Notes: a model not told the origin generated them from the letters alone. DNA of 64,000 nt from Candidatus Humimicrobiaceae bacterium (GCA_035530555.1 DATKUR010000003.1:19184-83183), one strand, 5' to 3'; positions 45,485 to 55,477 are shown, counted from the first letter of the stretch. Numbers and translations: made by a program.

Positions 45485-46732
45485 ATGGCGAGACCGTCTA
45501 TAATTTGTGGCCTAGATATCGGGAGTCAAAATATTAAAACTTTAGTTGTCAAAAGAGAAACAGAAGGATTAATAGTATTAAATTACCAAGAAGTGCCTTC
45601 TTCTGGGGTTAGGAAGGGGGTAGTTATTTATCCTGAAGGAGTCTCTCAGGCCTTGAGAGAGAACTTTCTAAAAGTAAATCAAGAGGGCCAAAAAATTGAT
45701 TCTCTCTATTCGAACATTAGTGGATCTCATTTATTCTCCGCGTCTTCTCGCGGTTCTGTTGCCGTCTCCCGGGCTGACCAAAGAATTTCCGAAGAGGATA
45801 TTAATCGAGTATTAAGTGCCGCTCGGACCTTTTCCCTTCCTTCTAATAAAGAAATTTTTGATGTTATACCCCGAGAATTTATCATTGATGGAGAAAAAGG
45901 GATTAAAGAGCCCTTGGGCTTAAAAGGAGTAAGATTAGAAACTGAGGTTTTAGCTTTAGGCGGTTTTTCTCCTTATCTGAAAAATCTAACTCAGGCAGTT
46001 TTAGATTCGGGACTGCAAATTTTAGACAGAACTCCCTCGGCATTAGCTTCTGGCAGAGCTTGTTTGACTGAAAAACAAAAAGAATTAGGGGTAGCAATTT
46101 TAGACATCGGGGCCGGGACCTCTGACTTGGCGGTTTTTGAAGAAGGAGATCTAATTCATTTAGCAGTTTTACCTATTGGTTCTGCAAACATTAGTAATGA
46201 TATTGCCATTGGTTTAAAAACCGATATCGAAGTTGCTGAAAGAATTAAAATTGAGTTTGGTAGTTGTTTTCTGAAAAACAGCCGAAAGACAGCTGAACGT
46301 TCGCCCACTTCTCGTTCTCGCTCCGTTCGGGCAAAAGAAAAAATAGAATTAGAGAACCAAGAAACCTTAGTTTTCTCCTTAAAAGAATTAACCAACATTG
46401 TCGAAGCGAGGATTTCCGAGATTTTTCGAGAAATAAATAAAGAATTAAAGAAAATTTCCAGAGAAAAGCTCTTGCCAGCTGGAATAGTTTTGACTGGCGG
46501 TGGAGCGAAATTACCAGGAATAGTGGAGTTAGCTAAAAAAGAATTTCGTTTACCGATCAGATTAGGAAAACTAAAAGGGATCGCAGACCTAGAAAACGAT
46601 CCAAGCTTAGCCACTGTCTGCGGTTTAGTTTTACTGGGACAGGATTTGGAAGGAGAAACCGGCAAGTTTTCTTTTTCTGAAAGCGGAATAGGTTCTAAAT
46701 TAAAAAGAATTTTTAAAATATTTATTCCTTAA
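45485..46732 (+). CDS. ftsA: Cell division protein FtsA
   Basis: GLDIGS, GVRKG, LDIGAGT, AERIKIEFG, VLTGGGA and a C-terminal amphipathic helix. Confidence 0.95.
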   Translation: MARPSIICGLDIGSQNIKTLVVKRETEGLIVLNYQEVPSSGVRKGVVIYPEGVSQALRENFLKVNQEGQKIDSLYSNISGSHLFSASSRGSVAVSRADQRISEEDINRVLSAARTFSLPSNKEIFDVIPREFIIDGEKGIKEPLGLKGVRLETEVLALGGFSPYLKNLTQAVLDSGLQILDRTPSALASGRACLTEKQKELGVAILDIGAGTSDLAVFEEGDLIHLAVLPIGSANISNDIAIGLKTDIEVAERIKIEFGSCFLKNSRKTAERSPTSRSRSVRAKEKIELENQETLVFSLKELTNIVEARISEIFREINKELKKISREKLLPAGIVLTGGGAKLPGIVELAKKEFRLPIRLGKLKGIADLENDPSLATVCGLVLLGQDLEGETGKFSFSESGIGSKLKRIFKIFIP

Positions 46733-46733
46733 T

Positions 46734-47657
46734 ATGGAAACTAAAATAAAAGTAGTGGGGATTGGTGGTTCCGGTAACAATGCCGTTGCTCGAATGAAGA
46801 AATCGAAAATCGCTGGCGTAGAATTAATTGCTGTCAATACTGATTATCAGGATTTAAAGAAAATTAAGACTGACTTAAAATTACAAATTGGGAGGAGATT
46901 AACCCAGGGCTTAGGCGCCGGGATGAACCCCGAGGTTGGTCGCAAAGCGGCCGAAGAACAGAGAACGGATATTGAGAAAGTTCTAAGAGGCGCGGATATG
47001 ATTTTTCTGACCGGAGGACTCGGGGGCGGATCGTTTACAGGGGCGGCGCCGGTCATCGCTGAAATTTCAAGGAACCTGGGAATTTTGACTATCGCTGTTT
47101 GCACGTTACCTTTTTCTTTTGAAGGAAATTATCGAAAGAAGATCGCCATATCTGGAAAAGAAAAACTTAGAGAGAGAGTTGATGCCTTGATTGTCATTAA
47201 AAACGATAAATTGTTAGAAAACTTAGATCCGAAAATTCCTCTTTTGAACGCTTTCTGGCTTTGTGATGATATTTTAAGAGAAGGAGTGAGGGGAATTTCT
47301 GATTTAATAAACAAGCCGGGCATCATTAATATTGATTTTGCCGGCTGTAAAATGATCTTGAAAGACTCGGGAACCTGTCTTTTTGGTATAGGCCGGGCAA
47401 GCGGAGAAAAGAGAGCGGAAATAGCAGCCAAGAGTGCTCTTTGTTCTCCATTTTTGGAGGTTTCGCCAAAAGGAGCAAGAGGTGTTTTATTTAATGTCTC
47501 GGGCAGTAAAGATGTTTCTCTTGCAGAAATTGAGGAAATAGGCAGGTTTCTGACTCAAGAGATTAATCCTCAGGCCAGAGTTCTTTTTGGGGCGATTGAG
47601 GATGAGGAGTTACCAAAAGGCGAGATAAAGGTGACCGTGATAATCACCGGGTTTTAG
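46734..47657 (+). CDS. ftsZ: FtsZ, divergent and tail-less
   Basis: IKVVGIGGSGNNAV, NTD, GLGAG.NPEVG and PFSFEG. Signature loop reads GGGSFTG; the protein ends at ITGF. Confidence 0.9.
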   Translation: METKIKVVGIGGSGNNAVARMKKSKIAGVELIAVNTDYQDLKKIKTDLKLQIGRRLTQGLGAGMNPEVGRKAAEEQRTDIEKVLRGADMIFLTGGLGGGSFTGAAPVIAEISRNLGILTIAVCTLPFSFEGNYRKKIAISGKEKLRERVDALIVIKNDKLLENLDPKIPLLNAFWLCDDILREGVRGISDLINKPGIINIDFAGCKMILKDSGTCLFGIGRASGEKRAEIAAKSALCSPFLEVSPKGARGVLFNVSGSKDVSLAEIEEIGRFLTQEINPQARVLFGAIEDEELPKGEIKVTVIITGF

Positions 47658-47659
47658 GG

Positions 47660-47668
47660 TGTGGATAA
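47660..47668 (-). promoter_or_regulatory. DnaA-box match upstream of nrdD
   Basis: TGTGGATAA, i.e. TTATCCACA on the minus strand. Confidence 0.55.
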
Positions 47669-47810
47669 CTCCAGTTTTTTAAGGGATTTGACTAGGTTTG
47701 ACCTAGTTTTTTTGTTGAGGTAAAATATAATAATATTTCTTGCGAAAGTACGAAGAGTTATTAATTTTCCTTTCGTATTTTCGTATTTTTTTCGCAATTT
47801 CTTATTGGTT

Positions 47811-49931
47811 ATGAAAAACAAGCTCACTAAGGTTCAAAAAAGAGAAGGCCAGCTTGCTGAGTTTGATCTGGCTAAAATTCAAGACGCCCTTTTTAAGGCT
47901 CTTACCGCTACGGGTCAGGGTGACGGCAAAAAATCAAAGAAACTTTCCGATAAAGTTGTTCAGATTTTGAACCGGAGGTTTAAAGAAGAGGAAATTCCTC
48001 ACGTAGAACAGATTCAAGACATCGTTGAAGAGATTTTGATTTTGGAAGGATTGGTTGATACTGCCAAGGCTTATATTCTGTACCGAGAACAAAGGAGAAG
48101 AATTAGGGAAGCAGTGGCCGTGGTTGACGAATCAACCGAGATGATTGACACATACATTAAAGAACTTGATTGGCAGGTTCAAGAAAATGCCAATATGACA
48201 TTTTCCTTACAAGGACTCAACCAATACGCAATCAAAGAAATTTCCAGAAAATACTGGCTGAATAAAATTTATCCCAAAGAAATCAGAGAGGCCGCTGTCA
48301 ATGAAGATTTTCATATTCATAATTTAGAAACCCTGGCTCCATACTGTGCGGGCTGGGATCTTTATGACTTATTGTTGCGGGGATTCCGTGGAGTTCCGTC
48401 AAAAATAGAATCCCGGCCGCCAAAACACTTTAGAACAGCCCTGGGCCAGTTGGTAAATTTTTTATTTACGCTTCAAGGAGAAACGGCCGGCGCAAATGCT
48501 GTTTCTAATTTCGATACGTTGTTAGCCCCTTTTATCAGATACGATAATTTAAATTATCTTCAAGTAAAACAAGCGATACAAGAGTTTCTTTATAACTGTA
48601 TGGTACCTACCCGGGTTGGTTTTCAAACTCCATTTATAAATGTTTCTCTAGACATTAAAGTCCCTGAGTTTTACAAGAATCAGCCAGTAATTATTGGCGG
48701 GAGACCTCAAAAGGAAACTTACGGAGAATTCCAGGAAGAGATGAATATTTTTATCAAGGCTTTTTACGAGGGATTAATGGAGGGCGATGCCAAGGGGCGG
48801 CCAATGACCTTTCCTATTCCAACAGTTTCCATTGCAAAAGATTTCAACTGGGAAGACTCCGCTTTAGAGCCGTTATGGGAAGCTACTGCAAAATATGGAG
48901 TAAACTATTTTTCAAACTTTATCCAGTCAGATATGAACCCAGATGATGCGAGAAGTATGTGTTGTCGGCTTCGTCTTGACAACAGAGAGCTCTACAAAAG
49001 AGGTGGCGGTCTTTTCGGTTCTAATCCCTCGACGGGGTCAATCGGCGTGTGCACGATTAATCTGCCGAGAATTGGCTACCTTTCAAAAACAAAGAAAGAT
49101 TTTTTTGAGAGATTGGGATATTTGATGGATCTGGCAAAAGAATCTTTAGAGATTAAAAGGAAAGCCCTGGAGGATTTTATGGAGAAAGGTCTTTATCCCT
49201 ACTCAAAATACTATTTGGCTTCAGTTAAAAAATTAAGAGATTCTTATTTTGGTAATCATTTTGCCACTATTGGTCTAATGGGAATGAACGAAGCCCTTCT
49301 GAATTTCATCGGAGAGAATACGGCCTCAAAGAGAGGAAGGAGGTTTGCCCTTGAAGTTCTGGATTTTATGAGAGAGAGATTGGTTAAGTATCAAAAGGAA
49401 ACCGGCAATCTTTATAACTTAGAAGCGACACCGGGCGAAGGGACCAGCTATCGCCAAGCAAAAGTTGATAAAGAGAGATATCCTACTATTGTTACTGCCG
49501 GGACAAAAGAAGTACCATATTATACCAACAGTTCACAGCTACCGGTTAATTACACTAATGATATCTTCGAAGCCTTGAAACTCCAAGACGATCTGCAATG
49601 TAAATATACCGGCGGTACGGTTTTACATCTCTTTTTGGGTGAGAGGATTTCCGATCCTCTTATTGCTAAAAACTTAATCAAGAAAGTTTTTGAGAAATTC
49701 CATTTACCCTACGTTACCTTGACTCCTACTTTCTCTATTTGTCCTGTCCATGGCTATATTACTGGAGAACACTTTCACTGTCCTCAATGCACCGTCAAGC
49801 AGCCTTGCGAAGTTTATTCTCGCATCGTGGGATATTTGCGTCCGGTATCTCAATGGAATACTGGCAAACAAGAAGAATTTAAAGAAAGAAAAGAATTCAA
49901 AATTAGAAAGCCCGAACTGGTTAAGACATAA
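47811..49931 (+). CDS. nrdD: Anaerobic (class III) ribonucleoside-triphosphate reductase with ATP cone
   Basis: N-terminal VQKREG ATP cone, SMCCRL, EATPGEG and the glycyl-radical motif SRIVGYLRP. Confidence 0.95.
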   Translation: MKNKLTKVQKREGQLAEFDLAKIQDALFKALTATGQGDGKKSKKLSDKVVQILNRRFKEEEIPHVEQIQDIVEEILILEGLVDTAKAYILYREQRRRIREAVAVVDESTEMIDTYIKELDWQVQENANMTFSLQGLNQYAIKEISRKYWLNKIYPKEIREAAVNEDFHIHNLETLAPYCAGWDLYDLLLRGFRGVPSKIESRPPKHFRTALGQLVNFLFTLQGETAGANAVSNFDTLLAPFIRYDNLNYLQVKQAIQEFLYNCMVPTRVGFQTPFINVSLDIKVPEFYKNQPVIIGGRPQKETYGEFQEEMNIFIKAFYEGLMEGDAKGRPMTFPIPTVSIAKDFNWEDSALEPLWEATAKYGVNYFSNFIQSDMNPDDARSMCCRLRLDNRELYKRGGGLFGSNPSTGSIGVCTINLPRIGYLSKTKKDFFERLGYLMDLAKESLEIKRKALEDFMEKGLYPYSKYYLASVKKLRDSYFGNHFATIGLMGMNEALLNFIGENTASKRGRRFALEVLDFMRERLVKYQKETGNLYNLEATPGEGTSYRQAKVDKERYPTIVTAGTKEVPYYTNSSQLPVNYTNDIFEALKLQDDLQCKYTGGTVLHLFLGERISDPLIAKNLIKKVFEKFHLPYVTLTPTFSICPVHGYITGEHFHCPQCTVKQPCEVYSRIVGYLRPVSQWNTGKQEEFKERKEFKIRKPELVKT

Positions 49932-49933
49932 TT

Positions 49934-50629
49934 ATGGAAATTGGCGGTTTACAAAGAACTACTCTCATTGATTTTCCTGGCCGCATAGCGGCCACGATTT
50001 TTCTTTGCGGTTGCAATTTTCGTTGCCCATGGTGCTACTCTTCAGAGCTGGTTTTGCCGGAGAAAATCAAAAAGCAGCCGAAAATTACAGAAAAAGAATT
50101 TTTTAAATTTTTGGAATCCAGAAAGGAATTACTGGAAGGTGTTGTAGTTTGCGGCGGTGAGCCAACGATCAATAAAGATTTACCGGACTTTGTAAGAGAA
50201 ATTAAAAGCTTGGGATTTTTAGTAAAGATTGATACGAATGGCTCAAATCCTCAGATGTTAAAAAATTTAATTGATAAAAAATTAATTGATTACGTCGCTA
50301 TAGATATTAAAGGACCCCAAAAAAAATACAGCCAGCTTACTGGAATAAAAGCTGATATAAAAGAAATTCAGAAAAGCATTGATATTTTGAAAGAGGATAA
50401 AGTTGATTACGAGTTTCGCAGCACGATAGTGCCTTCGCTTCATACAAAAGAAGACGTAATAGAGATGGCAAGATGGATTAGCGGCGCTAAAAGATACTAC
50501 TTGCAAAATTTTAGATCGGAAAAAACTATTGATCCGAATTTTGAAAAGATAGAGCCCTATCCTCAAGAGTTTCTATTAGAAATCCAAAAAATAATCTCTC
50601 CGTTTTTTGAAACCTGTCAGATAAGGTAA
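49934..50629 (+). CDS. nrdG: Anaerobic RNR activating radical-SAM protein
   Basis: GCNFRCPWC, GGEPT and KIDTNGS; adjacent to nrdD. Confidence 0.93.
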   Translation: MEIGGLQRTTLIDFPGRIAATIFLCGCNFRCPWCYSSELVLPEKIKKQPKITEKEFFKFLESRKELLEGVVVCGGEPTINKDLPDFVREIKSLGFLVKIDTNGSNPQMLKNLIDKKLIDYVAIDIKGPQKKYSQLTGIKADIKEIQKSIDILKEDKVDYEFRSTIVPSLHTKEDVIEMARWISGAKRYYLQNFRSEKTIDPNFEKIEPYPQEFLLEIQKIISPFFETCQIR

Positions 50630-50638
50630 AATCAGACA

Positions 50639-52162
50639 ATGATTGCCTCTAAAATATTTCTATATTTTTGCCTCTCTTTTATTGGGGGGATTTTTATTAG
50701 TTCATTTTCTTTTGTTTCTCAGTCGATTTTACTGATGGTTTCGATTTCAGGGATTTTGCTGATTTCAGCTTTCTGGAAATACAAAAAATTTGTTGTTGTT
50801 GGTTTTTGTCTTCTATTTTTAATTTTGGGAATTTGGCGGCATCAGAGTATAGAGTTAAATATTGTGAACAGTGAATTAAGAAAGCTTAATGGTCTAGAAG
50901 AAAATATTACTTTGGTGGGCACCGTGGTATTCGAACCCGATATCAGAGAGAAAAGCATCAAATTAACACTGGATAATTTGATGGTTGAAACAGAAGAAAT
51001 GAGAAGCAAGCCCCTTCCAGTTAACGGTAGGGTTTTAGTGACTACTTGGCGATATCCGGAATATAAATACGGAAACAGGTTAAAGATTACAGGTCAATTA
51101 GAAAATCCGCCTATTTTCGAAGATTTTAATTATAAAGATTATTTAAAGAAGGAGGGGATCTATTCAGTAATGAGTTGGCCGGAAATTGAACTATTAGCAA
51201 AAGAAACCCAGTTTTCGTCTTTGGAGAAGGGCTACGCTAAGATTTTAAATTTTAAAGAAAAATTGAGAGGGTCAATTTATCAAAATCTTTCTCCGTCCCA
51301 AGGTTCAATTTTAGGAGCTATGGTCTTGGGAGATAAAAGAAAACTTACAGATAATTTAAAAGAAAAATTAAACATTGCTGGCGTCAGACATATTACTGCC
51401 ATTTCCGGACTTCACGTTGCTATTTTGACCAGTGCCTTAATGGCGATTTTAATTGCTCTCGGTTTTTGGCGCCAGCAGGCTTTTTGGTTTTCAGTCGTTT
51501 TGATCGCTTTGTTTATTATTATGACCGGTTTCCAGTCTTCCGCTGTTCGTGCCGGAATTATAGGCGGGCTTTTTCTTTTAGGTCAATATTTAGGGAGGAT
51601 GAGCGTTTCCTCTCGTTCAATAGTAATAGCGGCCGCTCTGATGTTAGCTCACAACCCTTTACTTTTGAAACTAGATGTCGGTTTTCAACTTTCTTTCCTG
51701 GCGATGATGGGGATAATATATCTCATGCCGATTTTCCAAGATTGGTTAACCTCCACATCAAAATTTTTAGTGTGGAGGCAATTAAAAAGCGTTTTAGCGA
51801 TGACTCTCTCAGCTCAAGTTTTTACTTTACCAATTTTGATATATAATTTCGGTTATCTCTCTTTGGTAACACCAGTAACTAATATTTTAATCGTTCCCCT
51901 TCTTCCTTTTATAATGCTATTAGGGTTTATTTCTGGGTTAACTGGGATAATCTTTCAGCCTTTGGGCTGGGTTTTTTCCTGGCCGGCTTGGGGATTATTA
52001 ACATATTTGATAAAAGTAGTCGATTGGTTTTCAGGTCTTTCTTTGGCTTATTTAACTATCGAAAATATCCACTGGGTTTGGTTGATAATTCCCTATTTGG
52101 TTTTAGGGTTTATAACATGGCGAATACAAGAAAACCGAAAACTAAGATTTTTAAGATACTGA
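50639..52162 (+). CDS. comEC: ComEC/Rec2 competence protein without a beta-lactamase domain
   Basis: HITAISGLHV, SAVRAG and DVGFQLSFLA. Confidence 0.93.
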   Translation: MIASKIFLYFCLSFIGGIFISSFSFVSQSILLMVSISGILLISAFWKYKKFVVVGFCLLFLILGIWRHQSIELNIVNSELRKLNGLEENITLVGTVVFEPDIREKSIKLTLDNLMVETEEMRSKPLPVNGRVLVTTWRYPEYKYGNRLKITGQLENPPIFEDFNYKDYLKKEGIYSVMSWPEIELLAKETQFSSLEKGYAKILNFKEKLRGSIYQNLSPSQGSILGAMVLGDKRKLTDNLKEKLNIAGVRHITAISGLHVAILTSALMAILIALGFWRQQAFWFSVVLIALFIIMTGFQSSAVRAGIIGGLFLLGQYLGRMSVSSRSIVIAAALMLAHNPLLLKLDVGFQLSFLAMMGIIYLMPIFQDWLTSTSKFLVWRQLKSVLAMTLSAQVFTLPILIYNFGYLSLVTPVTNILIVPLLPFIMLLGFISGLTGIIFQPLGWVFSWPAWGLLTYLIKVVDWFSGLSLAYLTIENIHWVWLIIPYLVLGFITWRIQENRKLRFLRY

Positions 52163-52175
52163 GGGTAAGATGAGG

Positions 52176-52254
52176 CCCTGTTAAAAGAGTTGTATTGCAA
52201 ACGTTCAAAATAGAATATCGTCTCCGGAGCTTGGAGAATAACCTTCTAATAGGG
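52176..52254. repeat. Degenerate copy of the CCCCGTTAGAAG-ended element
   Basis: CCCTGTTAAAAG (52176-87) and CTTCTAATAGGG (52243-54). Confidence 0.55.
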
Positions 52255-52267
52255 TAAAATAAAGCAT

Positions 52268-53560
52268 ATGGAAGAAAACGCATGGATTATATCTGTTAAC
52301 ATGGGCTACGGCCATCAGAGAACGGCCTATCCCCTAAAGGGGTTAGCTCCCGACGGGAAGATTATCAACGCCAACGATTATCAGAATATTCCGGAAAAAG
52401 ATAGGAAAATCTGGGGAACAACTCGAAGGGGCTACGAATTTATTTCTAATTTCTATCAAGCTCCTTTAATTGGCAAGACTATTTTCTCTTTTTTCGATCG
52501 TTTTCAGAGGATTTTGACTTTTTATCCAAAGAGAGACTTGTCAAAACCTAATTTTGTCTTGAAACAAATTTACTCCGGCTTTAAAAAAGGATGGGGAGAA
52601 CACTTGATTAAAGACTTGAATTTTAAAAACCCAAAATTGCCGATTGTTTCCACCTTTTTTATCCCGGCTTTTATGGCCGAATTTTTTAATTATCCCGGCA
52701 AGATTTTTTGTATTGTTTGTGATGCTGATATTTCAAGAACTTGGGCACCCTTAAAACCGAGAGAAAGCAAAATTAAATATTTTGCGCCTAACGAAAGAAC
52801 GGTTGAAAGATTAAAACTTTACGGAGTAAAGCCGGAAAATATTTTTTTAACCGGTTATCCTCTAACTTCAGAAAATATCGGCGTTGAAGAGATAGAAATT
52901 TTAAAAGAAGATTTGAAGTGCCGACTTTTAAACTTAGATACAAAAAGAAAATATTTTGAAAAATATAGAGACCTGATCGAGTCTCGTCTGGGGAAACTAC
53001 CTGAAAAATCGGGCCGTCCTTTGACAATAATATTTTCAGTTGGGGGGGCGGGTGCCCAAAAGGAAATTGCAATTAAAATTATAAAATGCTTGAAATCTTA
53101 TTTGGAGCAAAAGCGTCTGAGAATAATTGTGTCAGCCGGTATTAGAGAAAAAGTTAAAAAATACTTTGAGAAAGAATTAAAGAAGTTAAACCTGGTGCAG
53201 CCTAATTTTGTTAAGATAATTTATGAAAAAAATATAGAGGATTATTTTCAAAAATTCAATAAAGCGCTGAGAGAGACTGATATTTTATGGACCAAACCTT
53301 CAGAATTGTCTTTTTATTCCGCTTTAGGCATACCTATTATTATTGCTCCGCCGATTGGCTCTCAAGAGGAATTTAATATGAGATGGCTTTTAAAATCTGG
53401 CTTTGGAATTTTACAAGAAGATCTAAGTCATGTATCTGAATGGCTTTTTGATTGGCTCGACCAGGGTTATTTGGCCGAAATGGCCGTCGAGGGGTTTATC
53501 GAAGGAGAAAAATCAGGGACTTTTAATATTAAAAATATTGTAAAAAAATGCCCTGGTTAA
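52268..53560 (+). CDS. GT-B-fold glycosyltransferase-like protein
   Basis: MGYGHQR, TGYP, VGGAG, TKPSELS and PIGSQEEFN resemble MGDG-synthase/UgtP-type motifs. Confidence 0.6.
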   Translation: MEENAWIISVNMGYGHQRTAYPLKGLAPDGKIINANDYQNIPEKDRKIWGTTRRGYEFISNFYQAPLIGKTIFSFFDRFQRILTFYPKRDLSKPNFVLKQIYSGFKKGWGEHLIKDLNFKNPKLPIVSTFFIPAFMAEFFNYPGKIFCIVCDADISRTWAPLKPRESKIKYFAPNERTVERLKLYGVKPENIFLTGYPLTSENIGVEEIEILKEDLKCRLLNLDTKRKYFEKYRDLIESRLGKLPEKSGRPLTIIFSVGGAGAQKEIAIKIIKCLKSYLEQKRLRIIVSAGIREKVKKYFEKELKKLNLVQPNFVKIIYEKNIEDYFQKFNKALRETDILWTKPSELSFYSALGIPIIIAPPIGSQEEFNMRWLLKSGFGILQEDLSHVSEWLFDWLDQGYLAEMAVEGFIEGEKSGTFNIKNIVKKCPG

Positions 53561-54453
53561 TAATTACAGTTTTAGCTTATTTCTTTCTTGCAGTTGTTTC
53601 TCTTTTCGACCGTTATTTTTTAGTCGGGCCAGTGCCAAATCCTAAAACTTATACTTTCTATGTCGGGATCCTTTGGTTCTTTTTAAGCTTGGTTTTTCTT
53701 CCCTTTATAACTTTTCCAGAAAATAATCTTTTACTCCTCGGATTAGCAGCTGGTTTAATTAGGATTATTGCCGTTTTTTTCTTAACAAAGAGTATAGTTG
53801 AAAGCGAGATTTCAAGGGTCGTGCCGGCAATAGGGGGACTTTTGCCCATTTTTTCCTTTTTTCTGTTTTTTCTTTTCCTTCCACAAAACGAGCTTTTAAA
53901 TTTTGCTCAAATTTTGGCTTTTATCTTACTTCTTTCAGGTTCTATTTTAATCTCCTTGAAGAAATTTTCATTTAATTTTTTTTCTTTCAAAACTTTAAAA
54001 TATCCGATTTTAGCAGCCTTTCTTTTTGCCCTAAATTTCTTCTTAATGAAAAATCTTTTTTTAAAGGTAAGTTTTTTTAGTGGGTTTTTCTTGATTTTAC
54101 TTGGCGGAGGATTGGGAGTAATTGTTTTCCTTATTTTTCCAAGAGATAGAAAGATAATTCTTTCTCAAAAATTTGTTCAGAGAATATCTATGCTTTTCAT
54201 CCTGGGCCAGGTCTTTGGGGGATTGGGGGTGATTTTTCAACAATATGCCATTTTCCTAGCTAAACCCTATCAAGTTCCCTTAATTAATGCCTTAGAAGGA
54301 ATACGCTATGTTTTTCTGTTAGTTTTTGTTTTTATTTTATCAATTTTGAACCCGAGACTTTTAAAGGAAGAATTAGTAGATAAAACTCTTCTTCAAAAAA
54401 TTATAGCCATTTTATTGATTGGAGGAGGGTTAGCCTTGCTAACTTTAAAATAA
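53548..54453 (+). CDS. EamA/DMT-like membrane protein
   Basis: About 10 TM segments in two repeated halves. Confidence 0.7.
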   Translation: MPWLIITVLAYFFLAVVSLFDRYFLVGPVPNPKTYTFYVGILWFFLSLVFLPFITFPENNLLLLGLAAGLIRIIAVFFLTKSIVESEISRVVPAIGGLLPIFSFFLFFLFLPQNELLNFAQILAFILLLSGSILISLKKFSFNFFSFKTLKYPILAAFLFALNFFLMKNLFLKVSFFSGFFLILLGGGLGVIVFLIFPRDRKIILSQKFVQRISMLFILGQVFGGLGVIFQQYAIFLAKPYQVPLINALEGIRYVFLLVFVFILSILNPRLLKEELVDKTLLQKIIAILLIGGGLALLTLK

Positions 54454-54454
54454 A

Positions 54455-55441
54455 ATGAGATTTAAAATGCTTTTTTTAATAATTTTATTATTAATTTTAT
54501 TTCTCGTGGGCTTCTTTTTTATTGGTAGACCTCCTCGGGCAGAAAAAATAACCTTTGGAATAAATTTTTCCCAAAAGCATAGTCAGAATCTTGGCTTAGA
54601 TTGGAAAGAAGCTTATCTAGCTTTCTTAGATGATTTAGAAGTTAAAAATATAAAATTATTAACTCATTGGGACTTGATTGAATCAGAAAAAGACAAGTAT
54701 ACTTTTGAGGATTTAGATTGGCAGATTGAAATGGCCGAAGAAAAAGGAGCTAACCTTATTTTAGTAATTGGCATCAAAACTGGCCGTTGGCCGGAATGCC
54801 ATATTCCTCAATGGGCGCAAGATTTACCAAAAGAAGAACAGCAAAAAGAGATTTTAGAAGTTATCAAGCAGGTCATTTTAAGATACAAAGATCGAGCCCC
54901 TGTTTGGGCTTGGCAGGTGGAGAATGAGGCATTCTTTCCATTTGGCGAATGTCCGTGGACAGATATTGATTTTTTGAAAAAAGAAATAGATTTAGTAAAA
55001 TCTCTTGATAGCAAACCGATTATTATTTCCGACAGCGGAGAATTCTCTTTTTGGATTAGAGCTGCTCGATTAGGAGATATGGTTGGAACTACTCTGCACA
55101 GAAGAGCCTGGTTTAAAGAATTAGGGATTTATGTCCGTTACCCATTTACGCCGTCATATTATTGGCGGAGAGCTGAAATTATCAGGAAATTTTTCGGCAA
55201 AAAAGTAATCAGCGTAGAACTACAAGCCGAACCCTGGGGTCCAACCCTTCTTTATTGGTTGCCGCTGGAAGAACAAGAGAAAACAATGAACTTGAAGCAA
55301 TTTAAAAAGAACATTGAATTTGCCGAAAAAACTGGCCTTGATACTTTTTATTTATGGGGAGCGGAATGGTGGTACTGGATGAAAGTGAAACAAAATCAGC
55401 CAGAAATTTGGCAAGAAGCCAAAAAATTATTTGTCCCGTAG
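54455..55441 (+). CDS. Membrane-anchored clan GH-A-like glycoside hydrolase
   Basis: N-terminal TM, W..IE...Y.FEDLDW, WQVENE (acid/base-like) and ELQAEPW. Confidence 0.7.
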   Translation: MRFKMLFLIILLLILFLVGFFFIGRPPRAEKITFGINFSQKHSQNLGLDWKEAYLAFLDDLEVKNIKLLTHWDLIESEKDKYTFEDLDWQIEMAEEKGANLILVIGIKTGRWPECHIPQWAQDLPKEEQQKEILEVIKQVILRYKDRAPVWAWQVENEAFFPFGECPWTDIDFLKKEIDLVKSLDSKPIIISDSGEFSFWIRAARLGDMVGTTLHRRAWFKELGIYVRYPFTPSYYWRRAEIIRKFFGKKVISVELQAEPWGPTLLYWLPLEEQEKTMNLKQFKKNIEFAEKTGLDTFYLWGAEWWYWMKVKQNQPEIWQEAKKLFVP

Positions 55442-55477
55442 TTAAATTCGAAGAAGTTATACTATTTAGGTTTTATT

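Noticed and set aside
22939-47668. Replication origin from DnaA boxes
   Set aside because: Only two isolated boxes about 25 kb apart, with no cluster and no dnaA nearby.
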